A stretch of 64,000 nt of DNA from Azolla caroliniana (Eukaryota > Plantae > Polypodiophyta): positions 4,650,001 to 4,714,000 of the forward strand of contig JBHGNT010000005.1 of assembly GCA_043228905.1 (NCBI GenBank). Direction: 5' to 3'. Each line of letters begins with the position of its first letter. Within the stretch, counting starts at the first letter, position 1. Both the position numbers and the translations under genes were made by a program. Shown one piece after another: positions 52,038-63,850 of the stretch. The notes beneath the pieces were generated by a model that saw only the letters and a program-made list of their open reading frames with translations, had not been told where the DNA came from and searched no databases.

Positions 52038-54437
52038 ATGGCTTCTCCTCCTCCTCGTGGTAGTGCTAGGGCCAATACAATTCTAATGCTATTCTTCTTC
52101 GTTTGTGCTTCACTTTCTTGGGTTTCTCCTGCATGGTCTGCAGGTAATTACATTATGTGTGTATATATGTCATGCATATGTATAATGTTATGTATTCTAT
52201 GTACAAACATTTCTTTATTTAACCAAGTTCTCAGAACATTTAAAGTTATCCAAGGTTACATGCTGAATTGATCATATGTACATATTACATCTTCTAATCA
52301 TGTTGACGATTCTCTCCTCTTCCTGATAGCACTCATTGAAATTTCAATCCATAATTATATTGTGAAAGTACTGTACAATCCATAATAATTTTCATATAGA
52401 TCAACAATAAAAAGAGATCTTATTATCATTCTTAAGAAATCAAATACGGCATGCTATAAAGGAGAGTTAACCATTTTCATGCAGTGCTTATTCAAAAACT
52501 TTTAATTATGAAGTAGGGTGCAATATTCAACTAATTGGATGTATGTATAGGTGTGGTAGGATTTAATTAGAATCATGTGTAAGGATGGATAGATTGACAG
52601 ATAAATATTTAAGATAGGCCCTAAGGATATAGTTGAGAAATGTGAGGAAAACATATTTGAATGTCATTGTGGATGCACACTAGAGTGTCTATGTCCTAAA
52701 TTTCATTTTACAACATGATAGGTATCTATAAGATAGGCACTAAGGGCATAGTTGAGAAATGTGAGGAAAACATATTTGAATGTCATTGTGGATGCACACT
52801 AGAGTGTCTATGTCCTAAATTTCATTTTGCAACATGATAGGTACTTCTTCGGACGAACCAGAATACAGTTATGAGGCTGGGCCTACTGGCCCCGAAAACT
52901 GGGGGAATCTTAAGATACCAGAGTGGTTGGCTTGTGGGAATGGCGAATCACAATCTCCCATTCATATATACAAAAAGGAACAGGACATTGTGAAGGCCAA
53001 TCTAACACTTGTATTTAATTACACATCTGGCCAAGCCAACGTTCACTTGGGCAATTATGATGTTGGAGTAAGAAATCTATCTCTCTCTCTAAATAATGGA
53101 TTTCATTACCAAGGAAAAACACTACCATGACTAACTTACAACAAAGTATAGAACTCTAGGGATCTAAATACTACTACTATTACCTTGTGAGATGTGTTAG
53201 GGTTACTTTTACAATTGATTCATATAGCTTCCAATGAAAACTAATTGATTCATATAGCTTCTAGTGAAGACTAATAATTAATTGAGGTGATGGTTGTCCT
53301 TAGAAGTGTCATAGTTGTTTGATTTTGGTATCTAGAGTGCCACTTACATATTTTTTGATGATTTAACTCCAATGTTCAAATAAGGGCTACAACACATTTA
53401 CGTTATAGCTTCTTGTTAACTCGTTGTTAACACATTGTTTTTATGCATACCCTTGACTATAAAGTTGACACTCGAATAGAGTAGATATCCCAAGTTTGGC
53501 CATGCATATAGCTTATTGTTTATGACGTTTAATGAATTACATGTTTTTGGTGATTGTAGATTCAATGGACAGGGGATGGAGGGGGTGTATATTGGGAAGG
53601 TGAAGAATACAAATTACTCCAATTTCATACTCATACTCCAAGTGAACACACTCTTAAGAAGGAAAGGTAAGATCAATACCAATCATGTAGCTTTACGAAA
53701 ACTTGACTTCAAATTTTCTAAGTTTATGGTCAATGTGACAAAAACGAGTGTAGGTTTCCATTGGAAGTACATTTAGTACATCAAGGTCCTAATGGAAAGT
53801 TGCTTGTTGTTGGTCTATTATTCAAATACGGCAAAGAAAACTCCCTCCTTGACGAGGTAAAGTTTATTACATCACAATCTTGTCGTTTATAATGGAATTC
53901 AAGTAAAAAAAAGAAGCAACTATATTTTCATTTTATATTATAAAGACATTGTCTAAATAAGCACTTTTATGGATATTGTAGATTGTTCACGTGCTTCCTG
54001 ACATGATCAACACTGGAACGCAAGATCATCAGCTTGAAAATTTCTCGGTTAAAGATGTCAAATTTGGAGACAAGTATTACCACTACACAGGATCGTTAAC
54101 GACTCCTCCTTGTACCGAAGGAGTCATATGGATTATAATGAAGAAGGTATGGTTCAATGGTTTGTTCTATCATCATAGGAACTTTCTTTAGTATCAAAGG
54201 TACATGATGTGATATGTTTGTTGGTTGTTGTTACAGAAACAAAGTGCGTCCAAAGAACAAATCGATGTGATAAAAAATGCACAAGAGGTATTCTTTTTAT
54301 TTTGTTGTCAGTTATTTACCCACATATTTAGTCTTAGTGTATAGCAACTCATTTCCTCCCCCCCCTCTATTTGACAGGGTGACAATTCAAGACCTTTACA
54401 AGCACTAAATGGACGGATTATTTACGAACATAACTAG
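52038..54437 (+). CDS. Alpha-carbonic anhydrase with signal peptide, 7 exons
   Basis: Exons 52038-52143, 52841-53067, 53560-53666, 53754-53856, 53982-54146, 54237-54287 and 54378-54437. Hydrophobic signal peptide; motifs [48 protein letters not shown] and [11 protein letters not shown]. Confidence 0.95.
52612..52844. repeat. 119-bp tandem duplication of the intron 1 3' splice-site region
   Basis: agatagg..caacatgatag|gta at 52612-52724 and 52731-52843. Confidence 0.93.
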
Positions 54438-55007
54438 TGCCATAAAAATGCACTAGTTCATAGTGTAGTCAATGAGATCAACACATACACACATTAGTAT
54501 GGAAACGTGTGTGCATGCCCGATGATGCATAGAGAATAACAAAACCATAAATAAAGAAATCTTACATCAACATAATGTACATATTATGGTTTTGGCTTAG
54601 AGGCTTTGCCTAACATGCATCAGAATCTCATTATACTTTACACTTCCAAAAGTATTGTGTAACATCATTGTGAATGTACACATTATCCATAAATAATTCC
54701 AAATAAACATAAGGTTGTACCAAGATGGAGAAAGTTTCTACTTTAAGGTTGTAACATCATTGTGAAGCTATGAAGTATTCGTAAACAATTCCAAATCCAA
54801 TTTTAAAACTTAGAATAAACGAAAGGTTGTACCAAGATGGAGAAACATATATATATGGCAAAAAGCTTAATGTCATGGAATGGATATAGAAAATCGTATA
54901 ATGCCATATAATATGTGCATTTGAATGGAGAAGTGAAGATAGCCACAATGACCATGAGTAGATAATTGATGACAAGTTCAAGGGGCATACTATTCAAAGA
55001 TAAACAC

Positions 55008-55226
55008 TATCCACCAAAGGAGAAAGTTCATCGTTATGGTGGGATTGTGTACATGAAGTGGGCTAGGCTTTCCTCTACATAGTTTGTAAGGTGAAATGTG
55101 GTTTGCATGTACGAGTATCCACCAAAGGAGAAAGTTCATCGTTATGGTGGGATTGTGTACATGAAGTGGGCTAGGCTTTCCTCTACATAGTTTGTAAGGT
55201 GAAATGTGGTTTGCATGTACGAGTAT
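55008..55226. repeat. 108-bp perfect tandem duplication
   Basis: tatccaccaaaggagaaagttcatcg at 55008 and 55116. Confidence 0.93.
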
Positions 55227-56057
55227 ACCATAATTATGCATGTGGCGTGTGGTATGTGCATAGGGTCACTATATAACTAGTAAAATTCTTGAGCATCAAT
55301 GGTCACTATATAATTTGACAAGTACTATGTGAGAATGTGACGAGAACTATATAATTTGTCACATAATGTCATATTTGACCTCATGAGTATTATGGTGGCA
55401 AGCATGAGATTTGATCGAGGGAGGTACAAGGATCAATAAAGGTCATATCATGAATACAAAACTGACTAGCAATCATAAGAGTGGTGGTAAAGCAATGGCC
55501 TAAGAACCAGATTACACATACTGATGTGGACAAATATGTTGCAAATAAAAATGCAAAACGAATTTGAAGTGTATATACACCACCTCCAAAGATGGCAAAA
55601 TGAGAGTGACAAGAAGAGAGGGGTACAAATCTTGAGACAAGTTGAAGTTCGTTACTAATGCTTCCACTTTGACAATATAGACATAATTAACTAAGTTATT
55701 ATGAATGCTTCCATCATAGAATAGATTAAGCACGGATAAAAAATCAATACATAAATTGAGGCCTACAAAGTTCGCAAAACAAACTCACATTATCTAGAAA
55801 AGTTCGTCTTAACCATACAAAAGAAGTTAGACACAACAAAAGCCTGTCATTTCCTCGCACTAAACCATACAACACTTGGATTTAGGGTTTTAGGGAATAA
55901 CTCTTTTGACATAGAGAAGAGAGACATTAGATTTGTTTTTGGCAGGTTCAAGATTTGTTGTGAATTGTAGACTTTAGCTAAAGATACTAACCGAAATCAT
56001 AGTGATTGGAAATGTTTGGGTCTACCAATGTGGAGGGCTCTCCACATTGGATAAAAA

Positions 56058-57291
56058 TCAACAAGAAGCTGCACTAAGTTGAGCCACATAAGCATCATTG
56101 TAATAGATGGTCTCTTTATCCTCAACACTTAGGGAGCCACCAAAGATGATCAGCTTGGGCTCTTCTTGGCTAAGAGTTGATGTCATTGATGTAGCTCCAC
56201 GCAAGGGTGGCCAAAAACCATTTAAGCTCTTTGGAGATGTCCACTCCAAAGTTTGAAGATCCATGAGCTCCAAACCCGAGAACATTTCGCCATTCGCACC
56301 CATCCCACCATAGCACACGGCAACTTTGGATCCTAGTAATGGTAACATTACATGGAATGATCGAGCTGGAGGAGCTTTTGAGATTTCCTTCTTCCATTCC
56401 AAGCTTTTTATATCTAAAGTGAATAGATCGTTCGTTCGCCCAACATGATCCCTCCCCCCAAAAACAAACATTTTAACTCTCACATCACCACTTTCATTCT
56501 CTTTAATGTTGGCTATAAACGAAGCATGTGCTGCCCTAGGAGTTGGCTTTACACCTGTTGTTTCAAGCTCTTTCCATTCCATGTCAATCACATCGAGCGC
56601 ATGCAAATCATTGAACCATGTGAATGACATGCTTGGCCCATCTTCTTCTTCGTCTTCTTCTCCTCCATCTAGGATTTCGTCGTCATCTGCACCATCTTCA
56701 CTAATTGCATCATCACCTTCATCAGCATTACCATTACCATTCTCATCGTTTCCATCACCATTAACATTAACATTAACATCTTCATCATTGTCTTGATTCA
56801 TTTCCTCAATTTCTTGATTCATATCTCCATTCTCTTCAGCATTGGATGGCCCAAATCCACCAAAAACATAGAGTGTTCTCCCTACCAAGCATGCGGTGTG
56901 CTTATCCCGAGCGCTTGGGACCTGTCCTTTCATTTGAGGATGGGACCAGATCCACTCCTTAGTGTCTAACACATACACATCATCCATATATCTGCAGTCA
57001 TTGAAGAGGAAGCCTTGATTTGCATAAATGCTAAATAAGATGAAGAAATCTACTCTTCATTAATTTATATGACTTCACAGAATTCTACATATTCAACCAA
57101 TACAACAAAAAAAAACACAATATCCATCTGCCTACATTCAAAACGCAGTCATGTAATGAAATGGACTGTTTTTAGAAACAAAGGAAAAAATCACGCAAAA
57201 CATATACTTCATCCACAAACTCACCATAACGGATTCAAATTACATGCTGAATTCCCTACAAAACACTTATTACAAAATGAATAACTATATG

Positions 57292-57329
<38 letters not shown>

Positions 57330-58208
57330 TAGGTTCACTTACATGCTATTGTTAACGAATAACCATGATGCAGAGAACAGATTACTTCAATGAGAGAAAT
57401 TTCTAACCCGTCTGTCATGGAGGATCCACCAAAGACCAATACACGTCCATCATCCAGTAATGTTGCGGTTTGCCCAGTTCTGGGACTTGGCTTTTCTCCT
57501 TTGCTTTCAATATAAGACCACTTTCCTTCCTTTAAATCAAGGAGGTACTGCATATATAGTAGTAGCAATCCACAAACAATTTTAGGTATAATTTCATATA
57601 CAAAGAGAAACATCTGAAATAAGTAGCATTGAACGTATGTGAAAGGGAGATGTACATTATGCATAAGGCCAACATACCATGCGATTCAAATCAAGTGCAA
57701 GGGAAAGAACTGGCATTAGAAAGAAACAGAAAATACATTCATGTCATTGAACTCATGAGGCGAAGGGGCAATACATGCCATACCATTAGAAGTAGACATA
57801 ATGCATGATGCCATTCGGTGCATGAAAATGTGAGATTAGAAGACTGTGAAAATGGCATACTGCTGCAGCATACGATCATGCCATGGATACCAAGTGAAAC
57901 AGAAAACGTGGCATCAATGCAATCGTGCATACCATGTCATAGAAAGGCATACAAGACACGATGCCTTGAGAGAATGCAGAAAGGCAAGCGTACCATGTCT
58001 CAGTGAAAGGACGAAAGTGCCATGTGAGATTGGAACAGAGAGAGCATACCATGTCATTGAACTGCTGAGGGCCTGAGGCGGGAGATATCGATCCACCGCC
58101 GAGCAAAAGGATGCGATGAGCATCGAGCGAGATCATGATATGAGCTTCTCTAGGGGAAGGGGGCAGGCCCATGAGAGCCAGAGCTTTGACGGTAACCTCA
58201 AGTCCCAT
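56058..58208 (-). CDS. Kelch-repeat beta-propeller protein with a long acidic loop, ~410 aa, 3 exons
   Basis: Exons 58050-58208, 57408-57547 and 56058-56991 (1233 nt, in frame). Six Kelch blades (PSPREAH, PSPRTGQ, PSARDKH, PTPRAAH, PPARSFH, PPLRGAT), each followed by a GG motif. Confidence 0.9.
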
Positions 58209-58700
58209 CTCTGCGCTTATGGAATCCCCTTGGTTCGAGCACCCTCGCCTTCTCCTCTCGCTCGCTACTACCCTAAATCACACTTTCTCTCTTGGCTCTC
58301 TGTCCCTTCTTCTGGTATCTTTCTCTGTGGTTGATCGGATCAGAGTGCAGAGCTCTTCTGTTATTCATATACAGCGCAACCCTAAAAACCTTCGGGCTTC
58401 AGGTCTTCACGGAGAAGAGAAGGGAAGGGGAGAAAAGGCGCCAAGAGATGTGGCCTGGATTTAGAATCTCCCGTTTCCCGCCAAAAAAACTGGCGGCAGT
58501 CATGGGGCCACCCCGCCAATTGGTATACAGTATGTGGTGGGGGATCGTCAGAGAAACAGTAAATACATTGAGCCCGTTAATCTAGGGCTTGGACTGCCCT
58601 GAGCTCGTCTCGAGAATCCTAGTCGATCAGAGCCGCCCAATAGTCTATACATCCAAGGAAAAAGAAAATTCGATCAAATTGTAACAAAACAGAATAATAA

Positions 58701-58751
<51 letters not shown>

Positions 58752-58811
58752 TGCAGGTTTTGGGGTTTAGGGTTTAGGGTTTTTGAATTCTCTAAATCTA
58801 TTCTCTGCGTG

Positions 58812-58848
<37 letters not shown>

Positions 58849-58920
58849 GTGCTTCCTCTGCGTGCTTCACAACCTCAAGTTCCGGAACAGCGAGCCGATT
58901 GTGGAGTTCCTGAACGGGGA
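58209..58920. promoter_or_regulatory. Putative bidirectional promoter / 5' leader region with (GA)n, (CT)n and telo-boxes
   Basis: Lies between divergent ATGs at 58208 and 58921. (GA)n ~58703-58748, GGGTTTAGGGTTTAGGGTTT ~58763-58782, (CT)n ~58814-58846, AACCCTAA at 58378. Confidence 0.55.
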
Positions 58921-60460
58921 ATGCAAATTTCTGAAGTCCACGCGGAAGGGTAAAATCACTTTTATCTCACACTTCCATCAAAAGCAATATCTAAATTATA
59001 TCCTCTTTTATCTAGATATGTATGATGATGCAAGTAGATTAAATCTGTGCCATGTTTGAGCAATCTCCTCATCATCCAAGTAGGTTATATCTACATAATA
59101 TCGTCTTTTATCTTGATATGTATGATGATGCAAGTAGACTAAATCTGTGCCATGTTTGAGCAATCTCCTCATCATCCAAGTAGGTTATATCTACATAATA
59201 TCCTCTTTTATCTTGATATGTATGATGATGCAAGTAGATTAAATCTGTGCCATGTTTGAGCAATCGCCTCATCATCCAAGTAGGTTATATCCACTTTTAT
59301 CTAGATATGTATGATGATGTTTTACCCTTTTAACTTGATATAATTAATGGTGTTATCTCTTTGCAATGTATGATGATGTTACCCTTTGCAATGTTATTCT
59401 TTTCCTTTTGGCCTATATTATATAAGGCTCTGTCATGTTTAGCTCTTAATCAGCTTATCTCTATTTTGATCAAAACTGTCTCTGTCTGTTTATGCTTCTC
59501 CCCCTTCCTCCCTCTATTCTCTATTTCCGTGGATTAAATCTGTGCCGACATGAGATTTTATTTGTTTCATTGTCAAAAAGAGGAAAAAAATCGTTAAATT
59601 GTCTGAGCACTGGAAACAGGATATTGTGTTGATGTTTTTCCCCCCTCCTCTGTAATTGTAGGATTAATTCAACCAAGGTGTTTACAATTGAACAGCACAT
59701 GCCAGAGTCACAAAAGGAGCTACATTTGATTGATGATGCATTAGAAATGCGATCTCTAGGGAATTTCGCTGGTGTAAATGCCGACTTTGATGGGGATAAG
59801 GATGAGTCTATATTTACAGCTATTTCAATTCTTAAAGAAACTTTGAGTGCATTTGAAGAAGCTCTAGATTCTATTTCTAGGACAAATATTTCTATTTGTA
59901 AGGAACTAATGCAAGAATTATGTCGTCAATTGAGGTCTGTCATCCCCCCTCCGACGATAGGTGTACCTCAAAAAGGGAGTATAAGAAATTTGCAACAAAG
60001 TGTAACTTTAAATCAGTTTGGTATCAAAAGATCCACCGCATGCTCTGTAATGAATGTGGAAGATATCGGGGTAGCTCCTGTCAATAAGGATGCAGGAATA
60101 CTTGGAGGGGGCATGCAAGGATCTAGTAAGAGGGTTGGTCTACCGAGACTTACCAAGCTGAAATGCATGCATTGTTACTGTAGGGTGCTGATATTGGGTA
60201 AAAACCAAACATCACATTGCAGTCATTGTGATAGTATGTTGCCCTTACATCACAATCTTTGTGATATCTCGACTGCAATGAAAACTTTGAAGGGCCAAAC
60301 TATATTGATTGATGATGGGGTAGAGTGCATAACGAGTGCTACAATAGTTGATATTCATTACCCAGATGGTGCGGGAGAACGATGGTTCACAATAATAAAT
60401 AATGCAGGAGTATCACTCACTAATATTTATGCTTCAAAAGTTAGAATTCTTGCTACATAG
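58921..60460 (+). CDS. Predicted two-exon 275-aa protein with a CxxC..CxxC zinc ribbon, possibly transposon-derived
   Basis: Exon 58921-58949 (MQISEVHAEG, phase 2), GT-AG intron 58950-59661, then exon 59662-60460 in frame. Contains NADFDGD and CMHC..CSHC. No family recognised with certainty. Confidence 0.6.
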
Positions 60461-60985
60461 ACATTACCAAATCCAGTTTTGCGAGGTTAGATTCTCATTC
60501 ATATATCCATATTTTTACGCATTTTTACTCACTCATAGATTCATATTTGTACACTAATGAATGATAACTCTTTTGGAGCCTTTTGTAGGGTTCATGGACA
60601 TGAGACGAGGATGGTGCCTTTTTGCATCTAGCATGATCCAGAATTTTCTCGTTTGCAATGAGTATCTGAGGGATGGCATATATTTCTTTGATTTTTATCT
60701 AAGCTATGTACGTTGGGCAGATTGTATCTTCAGTTTTTAAGTTCTGTAAATACTCATATACTCGAACATTATATCTTTTTTGGAATATATGAAACTTGTG
60801 GAATATGGTGTATTTACCTTTCTAGTCTTCGAGGATATTGCTCAAACATGGCACAGATGTAATCTACTTGCATTGTCATACATATCTAGATAAAATAGGA
60901 TATAATCTACTTGCATGATGAGGATATTGCTCAAACATGGAACAAATTGCTTTTGATGAAAGTGTGAGATAAGTATTTTTACCCT
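58947..60985. mobile_element. Mutator-like element with long inverted repeats (AGGGTAAAA...TTTTACCCT)
   Basis: 58947-59070 matches the reverse complement of 60830-60985 (ttatctcacactt..catcaaaagcaat..ttttatctagatatgtatga..atgcaagtagatt..ctgtgccatgtttgagcaat). No TSD found. Confidence 0.6.
58998..59320. repeat. 100-bp tandem repeat x3 within the left inverted-repeat arm
   Basis: catgtttgagcaat at 59051, 59151 and 59251. Confidence 0.93.
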
Positions 60986-63559
60986 GCTGCATGCGCATGA
61001 GAAACTCATATCCTCCCATCCAAAAGACACATTGACATCCTCACCTCCTGCTTATCATTCTGGAAGTGTTCCTCGATATTTCTTTGAAGGAACGGTAATG
61101 TTTCTTGGTATTGCCTCTCAGGGTTGGGAGTTATGAGTCAACTGAACATGACGCTAATGTTTCTCCAAAACGAGTGTGATTTTTAGAAGTTTCCTTGAGG
61201 AAGTAAAGTACACATTTTGTGGGCATTGTCTTAGAAGATGTTAGGGAATTGCCTCACATTTTGTGGGTATTTTGAAGAGAATGGATGTGAATGCGTCAAA
61301 GTTAGAAGTTGCAATTTGATTGTTTCGTTGCGAATTGGGATTTGTGTGAATGAGAGGATAGTCAATGAGTCTATTTATGCCCATGTTTCACATTGAAATT
61401 TGTTTAGTTTGGGCAACATTGTGAACTTGTTATGCATTTCAAGGTTCTTGAAAGGGAATAGACATCAAAGAGATGTAAGGCAAATTTTGTTCCCTACTTG
61501 AGAACTTAGGGTTCCAATCATTCAAATCAAATGCACATTCTTATTCCGGTCTATAATGATCACTAGTCCAATCATATTAGTGTTTCATAATAAAATTTAC
61601 TATGAATCTCGAGTGTATCGGCAATTGTAAAGTTGCATTACATTTCAAGAAACCCACAGGGAGGTGGATATTGCGGAGTTAAATGCAAATTTTGGTTGCT
61701 TTTCAATAATTAGGATAGGATAAATGAACATATTTGAAAGAGCATTCACTTGTTAACTCCCATACCTCATTCTTGTTAGATTAGTTGTGCATGTGTTTCA
61801 CATTGAAATTTGGTTGGATTAAGCAAGTATTTTGAAGTTACCTAACATTTTAACGCATGAGATAAATGCCTTACCTTGTAAGGTTCTCTCATTGGGTAAA
61901 TGCATGGAGTTTGGAGGTATTGAAGTTGTGTCATATTTGAAGGTCAAGAGAGGGGAATGGGCATCAATACTTATTACTTTTTTGGCATTCGGATTGCATT
62001 TGAAGAGAGTTCTTGGAGGAACCATTTTATTGTCTCAAACCTCTTTTCTCTACCAATGGCTTTTTAATATCCTATTACATCATCGTTGGATGTATTCATA
62101 CCTTTCTTTTAATCTTAATAGTTCTTAGTGCTTGGGTTAGAATTGCACATTCCTGCTTAATTTATGAGCATCCCTTACATGGGGCCTATTTCCTATTTCC
62201 TAATGTGAATGCCAACATGTGAGCTTGCCCAATTGGAGAGCCAAGGAGCTTCCACTTTGTAACCTATGTAACCACACACCCCTTCACATCATGTATATGA
62301 TTGATGGCTTCATATCCTCATTGCCGCTTATTGTTCTAATAATGTACACATAATTTCGGTTTATCTAAATGTCTACATTCTACATCACTTTGCTTGATGT
62401 ATTGTAGGGTCAACACTTATCATATGTGGGAGTACGTTATTGGCCATTGAAATTTGAGGGAGAATGTATTCACATATCGTGTTTCTTTGTGTTTTTTACT
62501 TGTTCAAATGTGCTAACTTTAGTGTTCTCCTTACCTAGAATGTGCATGTAAACAAGTACCTTGAGAAATATGAGTAATATGAACCCAAACAAAATAACAT
62601 GTTGTACCCATTGAAGTGGTGGATCATCATCTTTAGCTATAAAATGTTGTCAATGGAACTTGTAAAAGAGCAAGATTTAAGATATGTGACCAAGTCTACT
62701 TGCCCCACTAACATGTGAACATCACTTGAATGCATTAACTTCAATTCATGTCACAATTTCATCATAAATGAAGAGAATGAGTAAAATTATATAAAGAAAG
62801 CCTAGAGGGATTAGGAAGAAATCTCTTTATCATTACTTGAAACAAAGGAAATTTCATAAGTCCCTCCCACATTTCTACATAGAGGCGAAAGTGGGAGGAA
62901 ATGAAGAAATGAAAAACAAAACAAAACAAAATGGAAACATAACAAAGACAAATGTTAGCAAATAGCCCATTATTAAAGAATTATTGTGTTTGAAGAGATA
63001 ATGAAATAATAGTAGATTCCAATTCAAACCTATGGTATAGATTGTCTTTCTAACAATACAAAATACTATTCTATTGCCATGTATGTAAATCATGGCATTT
63101 GGAAATGCGCAGACAAGTTTTTCTATCCCTTTTATATTCTCCTATTATAACATTGGCAATTTCGTCTGGTTTACATATTTTTGTGGCTCTTATTAATATG
63201 CAATCAGTGGCTAAGGAAGCCATGGAGATATTGGTTATTTGAACCTAAACAAGACAATATTACATACTAATGACACCATAATGAATTTCTTGAAGATAAA
63301 TATTCATTGGTGGTGCATGCATTGTTACATAATACAATACCCTATAGGCTATCTATGTGATGGTGATATCAAGTGTTGGATGCGCGATGAAACCAATCAA
63401 GTCTTCCATTTTATTCCAAATTGTGTTTTTGGCAAAAAATAAATTCCAAACAACATATTCTTCCATTAGTTTTAAAAAGGCATACCAGCTACAAAATACA
63501 AAATAGATGGAAAGGAAGCGACAATTCTTCCCAAGACCGATTTGTGTAAGACAATGGTT

Positions 63560-63850
63560 AGCCATGGATCCTTCGTTTGATAGAATTGATTGAGCACTTC
63601 CTCAAATTTCCCATTCTCACCATATCCTGCAATCAATGCATTCCAAGAGACATGTTCTTGGACGGAAAGCCTGTTAAATACTACATGTGCCTCATCAAGT
63701 GACCCACATTTAGCATACATATGTACTAATGTATTGCCAATGAAGTACTCTCTTTCAACATCTTTTTGTACAATGTCCTTCCAAATTTCATTGCCAGCTA
63801 ATGTAGCTCTAATGCTACCACATGCTTTCAGGTAGCAAACAAGTTCCATG
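63560..63850 (-). pseudogene. PLS-PPR gene fragment (one L-S-P unit)
   Basis: YLKACGSI..IGNTLVHMYAKCGSLDEAHVVF..VSWNALIAGYGENG, with non-PPR sequence on both sides. Confidence 0.75.

Noticed and set aside
54990-55241. 83-aa ORF with a 36-aa repeat as a repeat protein
   Set aside because: By-product of a 108-bp intergenic duplication, with no other coding evidence.
58763-58782. TTTAGGG repeats as a telomere or chromosome-fusion scar
   Set aside because: Only 2-3 units in a promoter context, which fits telo-boxes.
58998-59320. Regularly spaced repeats (also 3261-4033 and 16933-17091) as CRISPR-like arrays
   Set aside because: The units are contiguous duplicates with no unique spacers, the context is eukaryotic, and there are no cas genes.
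59678-60460. Annotating the ORF as an RNA polymerase subunit
   Set aside because: Only the 7-aa motif matches and no other conserved RNAP regions are visible. Kept as a finding, not as an annotation.
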